Shown piece after piece: positions 56,051 to 64,000 of a stretch of DNA of 64,000 bases. A program made the translations under genes and the position numbers. The stretch is taken from positions 1 through 64,000 of the forward strand of contig JBDREQ010000025.1 of the NCBI GenBank assembly GCA_043819555.1, given 5' to 3'. Each line of letters starts with the position of its first letter. The first letter of the stretch is position 1. Below the pieces are notes generated by a model. That model ran no database searches, was not told the origin of the DNA, and worked only from the letters and a program-made list of their open reading frames with translations. Origin of the DNA: Candidatus Zixiibacteriota bacterium. Lineage in GTDB: Bacteria > Zixibacteria > MSB-5A5 > GN15 > JAAZOE01.

Positions 56051-59000
56051 CTATTTTTCGGGCTCATCGCTAAAACTTAGTTTGGCGAGTTGTTCATAGA
56101 CATGGAAGCGAAGAGAGGCGTCTTGCTGAGCCAATTTGCCGAGACGTTCGGCTCTTTCCGGATCAATGCCTTTCAGAGATCTCCAGCGGTTTTCGCCCAT
56201 AGCGTATTCCGAATATGGGATTGACGGGGTTTTGGAATCCATTGTTAAAGGATTCTTTCCATCTTCAATAAGAGTTGGGTTAAATCTCATCAGGGGCCAA
56301 TGACCGCATTTAACCGCCTTATTCTGTTCTTCAAATCCGTGAGCCATGTCAATTCCGTGGGCGATACAATGACTGTAAGCTATTATGATTGAAGGACCAT
56401 CGTAGGCTTCCGCTTCCATGAAAGCTTTTACCGTTTGATTCTGACTGGCCCCCATTGCTACGCGGGCAACATAGACATTGCCATAGGCCATAGCCATCAT
56501 ACCCAGGTCTTTCTTGGGCAACGGCTTACCTGCCGCGGCAAACTGCGCCGTGGCTCCTCGCGGCGTGGATTTTGACATCTGGCCGCCCGTGTTGGAATAG
56601 ACTTCGGTATCAAGAACGAGCAAATTGACGTTTTTGCCGGAAGCCAGGACATGGTCAAGACCGCCGTAACCGATATCATAAGCCCAGCCGTCTCCGCCAA
56701 TACCCCACACGGATTTATTGACCAAATAATCGGCAATTTCAAACAACCGTTTGGAGTCAGCGCTGCTATTGGATTTGATTTTATCTTTCAGTTTTGCGAC
56801 TCGGCCGCGTTGTTTTTCAATTGCGATCGGTTCGGATTGGTCCGCGTTTTTAATATCATCATAATCATCGGGACTGATCTTTTTAACCAATTCCAAAGCA
56901 TATTCTTTAAGCTTATCAACGGTCAGCCGCATCCCATAGGCAAATTCGGCACAATCTTCAAAGAGAGAATTGGACCATGATGGTCCCCGGCCATCGGCAC
57001 GCTTGGCGAATGGAGTCGTGGGGAGATTGCCTCCGTAAATGGAAGAGCATCCGGTCGCGTTTCCTATAAGGGCGCGGTCGCCGAATAACTGCGATACCAA
57101 TTTGACGTACGGGGTTTCACCGCATCCGGAACAGGCGCCCGAGAATTCAAATAACGGTCTGATGAACTGACTGCCTTTGACCGAGTTGATTTTGTACAGG
57201 GATGGATCGGTTTCGGGAATCGTCAGGAAGAAATCAAAATTCTCTGCCTCCAGTTTGCGAAGCGGAGCTTGCAAAGACATGTTAATCGCTTTGCGGCCGG
57301 TCTTCTGCTTGTTATCATCTTTTTCAAAGGCTGGACAAACATTAACGCAGACCATACATCCGGTACAGTCCTCAGGCGCGACCTGGAGAGTATATTTCAT
57401 GCTTTTGAAAGTAGGACCAGTGGCATCGGCAGATTTAAATGCATCGGGAGCCTTGTCCAAAATCGCCGGGTCGTATGCTTTTTGCAAAATTGCCGCATGA
57501 GGGCAGACCATAACGCATTGACCGCATTGAATGCATATTTCCTCATCCCAGACTGGAATTTCGACCGCGATATTACGCTTCTCGTATTGAGTTGTGGCGG
57601 TCATATAGGTTCCGTCTGCGGGGAATGCGGAAACCGGCAGGTCGTCACCGCGGCCGGCTATTATTTCGGCGGTGACATTCTTGACGAAATCGGGAGCGCT
57701 GGCCGGAACCACCGGCGGCATAACAATATCACTGGTGACTTCATTGGGATAAGTCACCTTAAAAATAGCATTTATGGCGCCATCGACGGCGGAATAGTTC
57801 ATGTTAACAACTTTTTCGCCTTTGCGGCCGTAGGTCTTTTCAATCGCCTTCTTAATTTCCTTGACGCTTTGCTCTTTGGGGAGAATTTCGGAGATGATAA
57901 AAAAGGCCGTCTGCATGATCATATTAATTCGCGAACCAAGACCGAGTTTTTTGCCCAGGGCCAAAGCGTCTATAACATAAAAATTGAGTTTTTTATCAGT
58001 TATTTGTTTCTGGACTTCCCTGGGCATTTTATCCCAGACTTCATCGGCCGAATAGGGGCTATTGAGCAGGAAAGTTCCGCCATTAATTACTGAGGAAAGC
58101 ATATCATATTTTTCGAGGAATGAAAAATTATGACAGGCGACAAGATTGGCCTGTGAAATGAGATAGGGGCTCAGGATCGGTTTTTTGCTGAAGCGGACAT
58201 GCGATACGGTGATAGCTCCTGCTTTTTTGGAATCATAAACAAAATATCCCTGAGCATAGTTATCCGTATTTTCGCCAATAATTTTAATTGTGTTTTTATT
58301 GGCTCCAACAGTCCCGTCAGCTCCAAGGCCATAGAATAATGCCCGATATACGTCGTCAGATTCGGTATTGAAACTCCTGTCGTAATCCAGACTAGTATTT
58401 GTAACATCATCAACTATTGAGACCGTGAAATGATTTTTCGGTTTGGCCGCGCTCAGGTTATCAAAAGTTCCTTTGACATCGGCGGGTGTGAAGTCCTTAG
58501 AACCCAATCCATATCTTCCGCCGACTACTACTGGTGACGCGTCAAGAGGCAGAGTGTTATTCTGTTCGGCCTCTCTTAAAGCGCTCTGAACGTCAACATA
58601 AAGAGGCTCACCCATGGAGCCCGGTTCTTTGGTACGATCCAAAACAGCGATTGCCTTGACAGTTTTCGGGAGAGCATTGATTAAGGCGTGTGAATCGAAT
58701 GGACGATATAGACGGACTTTGAGGAGACCGACTTTTTCACCCTGACTATTAAGATAATTGACGGTTTCATGAGCACATTCGGCGCCGGAACCCATAATGA
58801 CGATTACCCGTTCGGCTTCAGGGTGACCGACATAGTCAAATAGATGGTACTGCCGTCCAGTCAACTGAGCAAACTGGTTCATTTTGCTTTGTACAATTTC
58901 AGGCGCGGCCAGATAATATTTATTGACCGTCTCACGCGACTGGAAGAACACATCGGGATTTTGCGATGTGCCTTTGATCGTCGGCTTATCCGGATTTAAA

Positions 59001-59677
59001 GCTCGATTACGGTGCGCAAACACCATTCCATCGGTAATCATCTGTTTCATTGTTTCTTGATTGACTTCACAAACTTTCTGGACTTCATGCGAAGTACGGA
59101 AGCCGTCGAAAGCATGAACAAATGGCACCCGGCTATCTAACGATGCGGCTTGCGATATAAGAGCCATATCCATAGCTTCCTGCACCGATCCGGACAGAAT
59201 AAGACCAAATCCGGTGGAACGAACGGCCATAATATCGGAATGATCGCCAAAAATCGATAAGGCATGAGTCGCAACTGCCCGGGCTGAAACATGAAATGTA
59301 GTCGGAGTCAATTCCCCGGCAATCTTAAACATATTGGGTATCATTAGAAGCAAGCCCTGTGAAGCGGTAAAAGTAGTCGCCAATGATCCACTGGTCACGG
59401 CTCCATGAACCGCGCCGGCGGCCCCGGCTTCCGATTGCATTTCGGTCACGATTGGAATCGTGCCCCAGATATTGGTTTTCCCGGCCGCCGAATAAGCGTC
59501 AGAAACTTCACCCATAACTGAAGAAGGTGTAATCGGATAAATCGCGATCACCTCATTAATGGCATGGGCGACATCGGCAACAGCCGTGTTACCGTCAATA
59601 GTAATCATATTGGCGGAAATTGTGCCGGTCGATCCTTTGGCGTCCGGTTTATCTTTTGAAGCTGTCTTGCTTTGCAT
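56051..59677 (-). CDS. nifJ: Pyruvate:ferredoxin (flavodoxin) oxidoreductase
   Basis: YPITPS, QSEAGAAG, GADGTVGANK, two CxxCxxCxxxCP, FSGACSGCGETPY, GGDGWAYDIG. Confidence 0.95.
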   Translation of the reverse strand: MQSKTASKDKPDAKGSTGTISANMITIDGNTAVADVAHAINEVIAIYPITPSSVMGEVSDAYSAAGKTNIWGTIPIVTEMQSEAGAAGAVHGAVTSGSLATTFTASQGLLLMIPNMFKIAGELTPTTFHVSARAVATHALSIFGDHSDIMAVRSTGFGLILSGSVQEAMDMALISQAASLDSRVPFVHAFDGFRTSHEVQKVCEVNQETMKQMITDGMVFAHRNRALNPDKPTIKGTSQNPDVFFQSRETVNKYYLAAPEIVQSKMNQFAQLTGRQYHLFDYVGHPEAERVIVIMGSGAECAHETVNYLNSQGEKVGLLKVRLYRPFDSHALINALPKTVKAIAVLDRTKEPGSMGEPLYVDVQSALREAEQNNTLPLDASPVVVGGRYGLGSKDFTPADVKGTFDNLSAAKPKNHFTVSIVDDVTNTSLDYDRSFNTESDDVYRALFYGLGADGTVGANKNTIKIIGENTDNYAQGYFVYDSKKAGAITVSHVRFSKKPILSPYLISQANLVACHNFSFLEKYDMLSSVINGGTFLLNSPYSADEVWDKMPREVQKQITDKKLNFYVIDALALGKKLGLGSRINMIMQTAFFIISEILPKEQSVKEIKKAIEKTYGRKGEKVVNMNYSAVDGAINAIFKVTYPNEVTSDIVMPPVVPASAPDFVKNVTAEIIAGRGDDLPVSAFPADGTYMTATTQYEKRNIAVEIPVWDEEICIQCGQCVMVCPHAAILQKAYDPAILDKAPDAFKSADATGPTFKSMKYTLQVAPEDCTGCMVCVNVCPAFEKDDNKQKTGRKAINMSLQAPLRKLEAENFDFFLTIPETDPSLYKINSVKGSQFIRPLFEFSGACSGCGETPYVKLVSQLFGDRALIGNATGCSSIYGGNLPTTPFAKRADGRGPSWSNSLFEDCAEFAYGMRLTVDKLKEYALELVKKISPDDYDDIKNADQSEPIAIEKQRGRVAKLKDKIKSNSSADSKRLFEIADYLVNKSVWGIGGDGWAYDIGYGGLDHVLASGKNVNLLVLDTEVYSNTGGQMSKSTPRGATAQFAAAGKPLPKKDLGMMAMAYGNVYVARVAMGASQNQTVKAFMEAEAYDGPSIIIAYSHCIAHGIDMAHGFEEQNKAVKCGHWPLMRFNPTLIEDGKNPLTMDSKTPSIPYSEYAMGENRWRSLKGIDPERAERLGKLAQQDASLRFHVYEQLAKLSFSDEPEK

Positions 59678-59715
59678 ATTAACTCCTCTGTTACTCTAAA
59701 CTTCCCTTTCAGAAA

Positions 59716-59774
59716 ATTATCCTATCCGGGGAAGTATAAGTCAAAATTATCCTCTCCCAAATTCAGACGGTCAA
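59716..59774 (-). promoter_or_regulatory. Two tandem sigma70 promoters of PFOR (30-bp period)
   Basis: Minus strand TTGACC-N17-GATAAT (59774-59746) and TTGACT-N17-GATAAT (59744-59716). Confidence 0.65.
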
Positions 59775-59854
59775 TATATGAAAAAATCAAAAAAAAGATA
59801 CACTCAAATTCTCAATTTTATTCGTGTTTGAAATCGACGTAATTTTTGTTTTCC

Positions 59855-60406
59855 TTATATTTTGGCCGGAGTAATCCGTTTTTGAGCCTGATATTTCCCT
59901 TTTTTGTCTGCGTACGAAACCTGGCATAATTCGTCGGCCTCAAAAAACAACAATTGGCCGATTCCTTCATTTGCATAAATTTTAACCGGCATCGGCGCTG
60001 TATTGCAAATGGCCAGGGTGGCGAATCCTTCCCACTCAGGTTCAAAAGGCGTAACGTTTATAACTACTCCGCAGCGGGCATAGGTTGATTTCCCCTGGCA
60101 GATAGTCAAAATATTTCGCGGAATCTTAAAATATTCGACGGTCTGTCCCAAGGCAAAAGTATGCGGGGGGAGAAGCAGTGTTTTACTTTTTATTGTTGTA
60201 AATGAAGAAATATCAAAGTTTTTGGGATCAATAATACAGGCTTCAATGGGATTAAATATTTTGAACTCATCGGCTACTCTGAAATCATATCCATACGAAG
60301 CCACCCCATACGATACACCTCTTCGTATTTGCCGGGGTGAAAACGGCCGAATCATATTTTTTTGCCTGGCCATTTTCTTGATCCAGGCATCACATTTTAT
60401 CGCCAT
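59855..60406 (-). CDS. dcd: dCTP deaminase
   Basis: [17 protein letters not shown]...[27 protein letters not shown]. Confidence 0.93.
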   Translation of the reverse strand: MAIKCDAWIKKMARQKNMIRPFSPRQIRRGVSYGVASYGYDFRVADEFKIFNPIEACIIDPKNFDISSFTTIKSKTLLLPPHTFALGQTVEYFKIPRNILTICQGKSTYARCGVVINVTPFEPEWEGFATLAICNTAPMPVKIYANEGIGQLLFFEADELCQVSYADKKGKYQAQKRITPAKI

Positions 60407-60482
60407 TCGATGCGCTCCGAAATAAAATCCTTATACCTCGCCGTCCATCAGCAGGGTATAGTAAAAATTACTTCGGCGTTTG

Positions 60483-60911
60483 TCAAACTTTTTGAGACTC
60501 TATTGCCTGTTTTTGCAATGCCAGTAAATCAGAAACAGTGTGGCTTTCAAAAACGTCAACCAAAGCAAATTGTGCTTTTTCAAGTAAAACTCTCAAGACG
60601 CAGTCAACTCGATCGCAAGCATCGGCATTATATAAACATTTCGCTATATAATATGGGCCATGAACGCTCTCGACAATCTGTTTGATTGTAATTTCATCCG
60701 GGGACTCCGCCAAAGAGAATCCGCCCTTTACTCCTCGATGCGAAATAACAATTCCCGATTTAGATAATGATTGAAAAATTTTGGCCAGAAATTTCTCTGG
60801 AACAGCTTGAGCTTCAGAAATCTCAGAAAGAGGGACGATCTTGCCAGATGGCTGTATAGCCAGATGGAGTACACCGAATATTCCATATGACTCAGCCTTA
60901 GTAAATTGCAT
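60483..60911 (-). CDS. Rrf2-family transcriptional regulator with three Cys
   Basis: FL.KI...L...G...S.RG..GGF.LA..P..I; CLYNADACDRVDC. Confidence 0.9.
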   Translation of the reverse strand: MQFTKAESYGIFGVLHLAIQPSGKIVPLSEISEAQAVPEKFLAKIFQSLSKSGIVISHRGVKGGFSLAESPDEITIKQIVESVHGPYYIAKCLYNADACDRVDCVLRVLLEKAQFALVDVFESHTVSDLLALQKQAIESQKV

Positions 60912-60963
60912 TAATCCTCTCCCAGTTAAGGCATCTCGTCAATATATATTTATCCCACGCTTT

Positions 60964-60992
60964 ATTATACTATTCCTGGATGAATAGGTCAA
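60964..60992 (-). promoter_or_regulatory. rrf2 promoter with palindromic operator in the spacer
   Basis: Minus strand TTGACC-N17-TATAAT; CTATTC-N6-GAATAG at 60970-60987. Confidence 0.75.
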
Positions 60993-61152
60993 TAAAATTT
61001 GTGCATTTTTTCACAAATTCGATAAAAATATTTGAAGACTAAAGTTGTCGTAAAACCCGCATTATTGTGTCTAACTTGTTGAATATCAATGACATGATAA
61101 TGGAATACATAAGCCACATAGTTATAATATAGATTTCATGTATCCCATAAAC

Positions 61153-61182
61153 TTGACTTTGGGCGCTATATTGAGATATATT
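61153..61182 (+). promoter_or_regulatory. Putative promoter of the oxidoreductase (leaderless)
   Basis: TTGACT-N18-TATATT ending 5 nt before ATG 61188. Confidence 0.45.
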
Positions 61183-61187
61183 CATAT

Positions 61188-63917
61188 ATGAGCAAAAGGA
61201 AAAGTAAAAACGGGAAATACTTCGGCACCTCAAAGGCAGTTTCGAATATCTCGAGAGAGGCATACGGTTCAGATGCGTCCATTTATAGGATATTTCCTCA
61301 GGAAGTTTATTGTCCTTCCACATTGCCTGAACTTTTTGATATAGTCCGGAAATCCCTAAAAAATCAAATGCCTGTGACTCCGAGGGGAGGGGGAACCGGT
61401 TTATCCGGAGGGGCTCTGGGAACCGGCGCTGTCATAGATTGTTCGAGATTGGCCAATATTAACTCAATAGATGTCAGCGCCAGGACTGTGACCTGCCAAA
61501 CGGGAATCATCTACAGCGATTTGAATCGCCGCCTCAAGAAAGATAGTTTGTTCTTTCCACCTGATCCATCATCCGGTGATAGCTGCCAGATAGGAGGCAT
61601 GCTGGCTAATAATTCATCCGGCCCAAGATCAGTGAAATACGGTTTGACATCTCATTATGTTGAAGAAATAAAAATAATTAATGCACAGGGCAAAGAGGTT
61701 GAGTTAAAAAAAATGGCGCTTGATAGTGATGAATTGAATGAATTTGTCACGCGTTTTCCAGAATATTATAAACTCCTGGGGCTTCTGACCGAAAACAAAA
61801 AACTTATTCAGGACAATTGGCCGAAGGTCAAAAAGAACTCAGCCGGATATAATTTAAGACAGGTTGCAGATGATTTTGATAAAGGAATATTTAATTTGCC
61901 GGCCCTATATGTCGGTTCCGAAGGGACATTGGGATTATTTGTTTCTGTAAAGCTGAGTTTGCGGACCCTTCCGGATGAGAATTTATCATACCGATTATTT
62001 TTTGAATCTCTTGAGCAGGCAGGACAGGCAATCATGCCGCTGATGTCAACCAATCCATCGGCGCTTGAAATCGTTGACGGCTCGACACTTGATTTGATAG
62101 GCCGGGATGAATTTTCGATTCCTGCCAATGCCGATGCGATGCTGCTTCTTGAGTATGACGCTGACATAAAAGCAGCCAGACTAAAATTGGATAATATTCT
62201 TTCTCGACTGAATTTATTACATCCGCCCGAAGAAGCGGATGATACGGAAAAACAATCGAAATTATGGGCAGCGCGCCGCGCCATTGTTCCAATATTGTAT
62301 CGTCATGATTCGATAAAACGGCCGTTGCCTTTTATTGAAGACGCATCTTTACCAATTGGAAGTCTCCCCGAATTTATCGCCTGGGTCAGGGAGAGATTGG
62401 AAAGAAGGGGACTGGTCTTTGGACTTTTTGGCCATATCGGCGACGGCAATCTGCATATTCGGCCGCTTTTAAATTTGGCGAATGATAATGACTTTAAAAC
62501 CCTGAAGGAATTGTATGGCGAGGTCTACGTAAAAATTATTTCTCTGAAAGGATCGAGTACGGCTGAACATGCCGACGGACGTCTCCGGGCTCCCGTAGTT
62601 AAAAACGTCTATGGCGAAGAGATTTATAAGATATTTAAAGAATTAAAATCTATCCTTGATCCGGATAATCTTATGAATCCAGGAGTGATATTATCTACCG
62701 ATGATTTCACCGAAAATATTGACCTGAAAAAACTTGAACTGGCCTGTGCCGCCTGCGGAAAATGCAATGGATATTGCCCGGCGTTTGAAATTTTCCGCCG
62801 TGAGGATATGTCTCCGAGGGGTTGGCTGCGCATGCTTCATTTCAGCGAAAATGATCATCATGTATTATCGGAGTCATTAAAGTTTTGTTTGAACTGTAAA
62901 AACTGCACGACGGTATGTCCGGCCGGTATTGATATTGCCGAAGAGATTTTGAAATATAAAGCCAGTCATCCGAATTACAAAGCCGGCCGGATAATCACGG
63001 TTTTTGATAAAAAGTCAGTCTTTGAAAAGGTAATGAATATTTCCGCTTTAGCCAATCCGATTATCTCTTCAAGAATTGCTAAAAGTATAATTTCAACTCT
63101 CGGGAAGTCTCCGTTTGGATTTGATAATGAAGTGGAATTACCGCTGCCCGCTCGCAGGAATTTTCGTCAGAGATATAAACGACTAATTGACTCCGATTCC
63201 GGCGTTGCGATATTTCATGGATGCGCTGACAATTATTTTGAATCGAAAACATGCGATGCTCTGGTTCATGTTTTGGAGCGTTTGGATATGCATCCCGCCA
63301 TTCCCGCGCAGGATTGCTGTGGATTGCCGATGGAAGTATATGGCCATCGCGATAATATGATTGCAAAAGCCAGGAAGAATCTGGATGCATTGGACGAGTA
63401 TGATGCGATTATATTCACATGCGCATCATGCCTGCATCGAATTCAAGATTATAGCATCCTTTTTGAAGAAAATTCTGAATACTGGCATAAAGCTGATTCG
63501 ATTAAAAACAGGTTGTTTGATATTTGCGGGTATTTGTTGACGATTAGGGAAAAATTGCCGCAGCTAAAAACGAAAAAACCAATTCGATTGACCTATCATC
63601 ATCCCTGTCACCTGCGGGCGGCGAAAAAAGAGAATGAGCCGCTGAAACTGCTGGGTATGATTGATGGAATTGAGATTATTCATCCTGAGCTGGCGGGGAG
63701 ATGTTGCGGACAGGCGGGGTCCTTTGGGTATATACACTATCAGGAAGGCAAAGCGATGTTTGATCGCAAGCGGGAAGAATATCTCGATTTTGGCGTGAAA
63801 CATATAGTCAGCAGTTGTCCCTCCTGCATCGCAAAGATTAAGAAAGAGATGGGATCTGAATATCATGTTTGCCATCCAATTGAAATAATCTCAGACATAA
63901 TTTCGGGGAAATTATAG
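61188..63917 (+). CDS. FAD-binding / 4Fe-4S / CCG-domain oxidoreductase (GlcD-GlcF-like fusion)
   Basis: RGGGTGLSG, PPDPSS...IGGM.ANN.SG, GSEGTLG, GHIGDGNLH, AEHADG, two CxxCxxCxxxCP, two CCG motifs. Confidence 0.88.
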   Translation: MSKRKSKNGKYFGTSKAVSNISREAYGSDASIYRIFPQEVYCPSTLPELFDIVRKSLKNQMPVTPRGGGTGLSGGALGTGAVIDCSRLANINSIDVSARTVTCQTGIIYSDLNRRLKKDSLFFPPDPSSGDSCQIGGMLANNSSGPRSVKYGLTSHYVEEIKIINAQGKEVELKKMALDSDELNEFVTRFPEYYKLLGLLTENKKLIQDNWPKVKKNSAGYNLRQVADDFDKGIFNLPALYVGSEGTLGLFVSVKLSLRTLPDENLSYRLFFESLEQAGQAIMPLMSTNPSALEIVDGSTLDLIGRDEFSIPANADAMLLLEYDADIKAARLKLDNILSRLNLLHPPEEADDTEKQSKLWAARRAIVPILYRHDSIKRPLPFIEDASLPIGSLPEFIAWVRERLERRGLVFGLFGHIGDGNLHIRPLLNLANDNDFKTLKELYGEVYVKIISLKGSSTAEHADGRLRAPVVKNVYGEEIYKIFKELKSILDPDNLMNPGVILSTDDFTENIDLKKLELACAACGKCNGYCPAFEIFRREDMSPRGWLRMLHFSENDHHVLSESLKFCLNCKNCTTVCPAGIDIAEEILKYKASHPNYKAGRIITVFDKKSVFEKVMNISALANPIISSRIAKSIISTLGKSPFGFDNEVELPLPARRNFRQRYKRLIDSDSGVAIFHGCADNYFESKTCDALVHVLERLDMHPAIPAQDCCGLPMEVYGHRDNMIAKARKNLDALDEYDAIIFTCASCLHRIQDYSILFEENSEYWHKADSIKNRLFDICGYLLTIREKLPQLKTKKPIRLTYHHPCHLRAAKKENEPLKLLGMIDGIEIIHPELAGRCCGQAGSFGYIHYQEGKAMFDRKREEYLDFGVKHIVSSCPSCIAKIKKEMGSEYHVCHPIEIISDIISGKL

Positions 63918-63918
63918 T

Positions 63919-64000
63919 ATGAGCGAAAAGGAAATATCATCCCGGAAAAAAGGGTTTATTATTGTTTATACGGGGAACGGAAAAGGAAAGACTACGGCCG
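63919..64000 (+). CDS. cobO: cob(I)yrinic acid a,c-diamide adenosyltransferase (CobO/BtuR), 3'-truncated
   Basis: MSEKEISSRKKGFIIVYTGNGKGKTTA P-loop signature; not in the supplied ORF track. Confidence 0.8.
   Translation, partial: MSEKEISSRKKGFIIVYTGNGKGKTTA

Noticed and set aside
57269..58093. 274-aa plus-strand ORF
   Set aside because: Antisense shadow of PFOR. The same applies to the many short antisense or out-of-frame ORFs, e.g. 670-1218, 40803-41297 and 61808-62284.
1..64000. Selenoprotein genes with in-frame UGA, prompted by selC
   Set aside because: Recognised proteins look full length, with Cys at the catalytic and cluster sites I checked; the UGA stops I checked fall at natural C-termini. 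A SECIS search was not run.

Overview
Gene-dense bacterial chromosome segment, probably from a diderm anaerobe of the FCB superphylum outside Bacteroidota. Candidate phylum Zixibacteria is my inference from the C-terminal dockerin type, the CTD/FlgD-Ig tails, classical sigma70 TTGACA/TATAAT-like promoters and SD sites. Order: 3' end of a REP-associated tyrosine transposase with REP hairpins; asparaginase II and tryptophanase; an ~18 kb tightly packed type IX secretion-like locus (PorU-like sortase, PorV-like barrel with a ~565-aa propeller/LysM-like insert, CTD-tagged M6 protease, two DUF5683-like proteins, NHL lipoprotein, ~1100-aa barrel, Omp85); a DGGGP-synthase-like UbiA; an extended MoxR/DUF58/BatA-E cluster; UPF0104, corA, bshC-bshA-bshB1; a non-canonical tRNA-Sec followed by a REP mosaic; trk/ktr genes, metallophosphoesterase, dockerin-bearing M1 peptidase, miaB, a pseudo-kinase/HDOD pair, aroC, pepA, a TolB-like and a barrel protein, PFOR, dcd, Rrf2, an FAD/Fe-S oxidoreductase and the start of cobO. 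All calls come from reading motifs by eye; no database searches or structure predictions were run. No CRISPR array, rRNA or prophage was seen.
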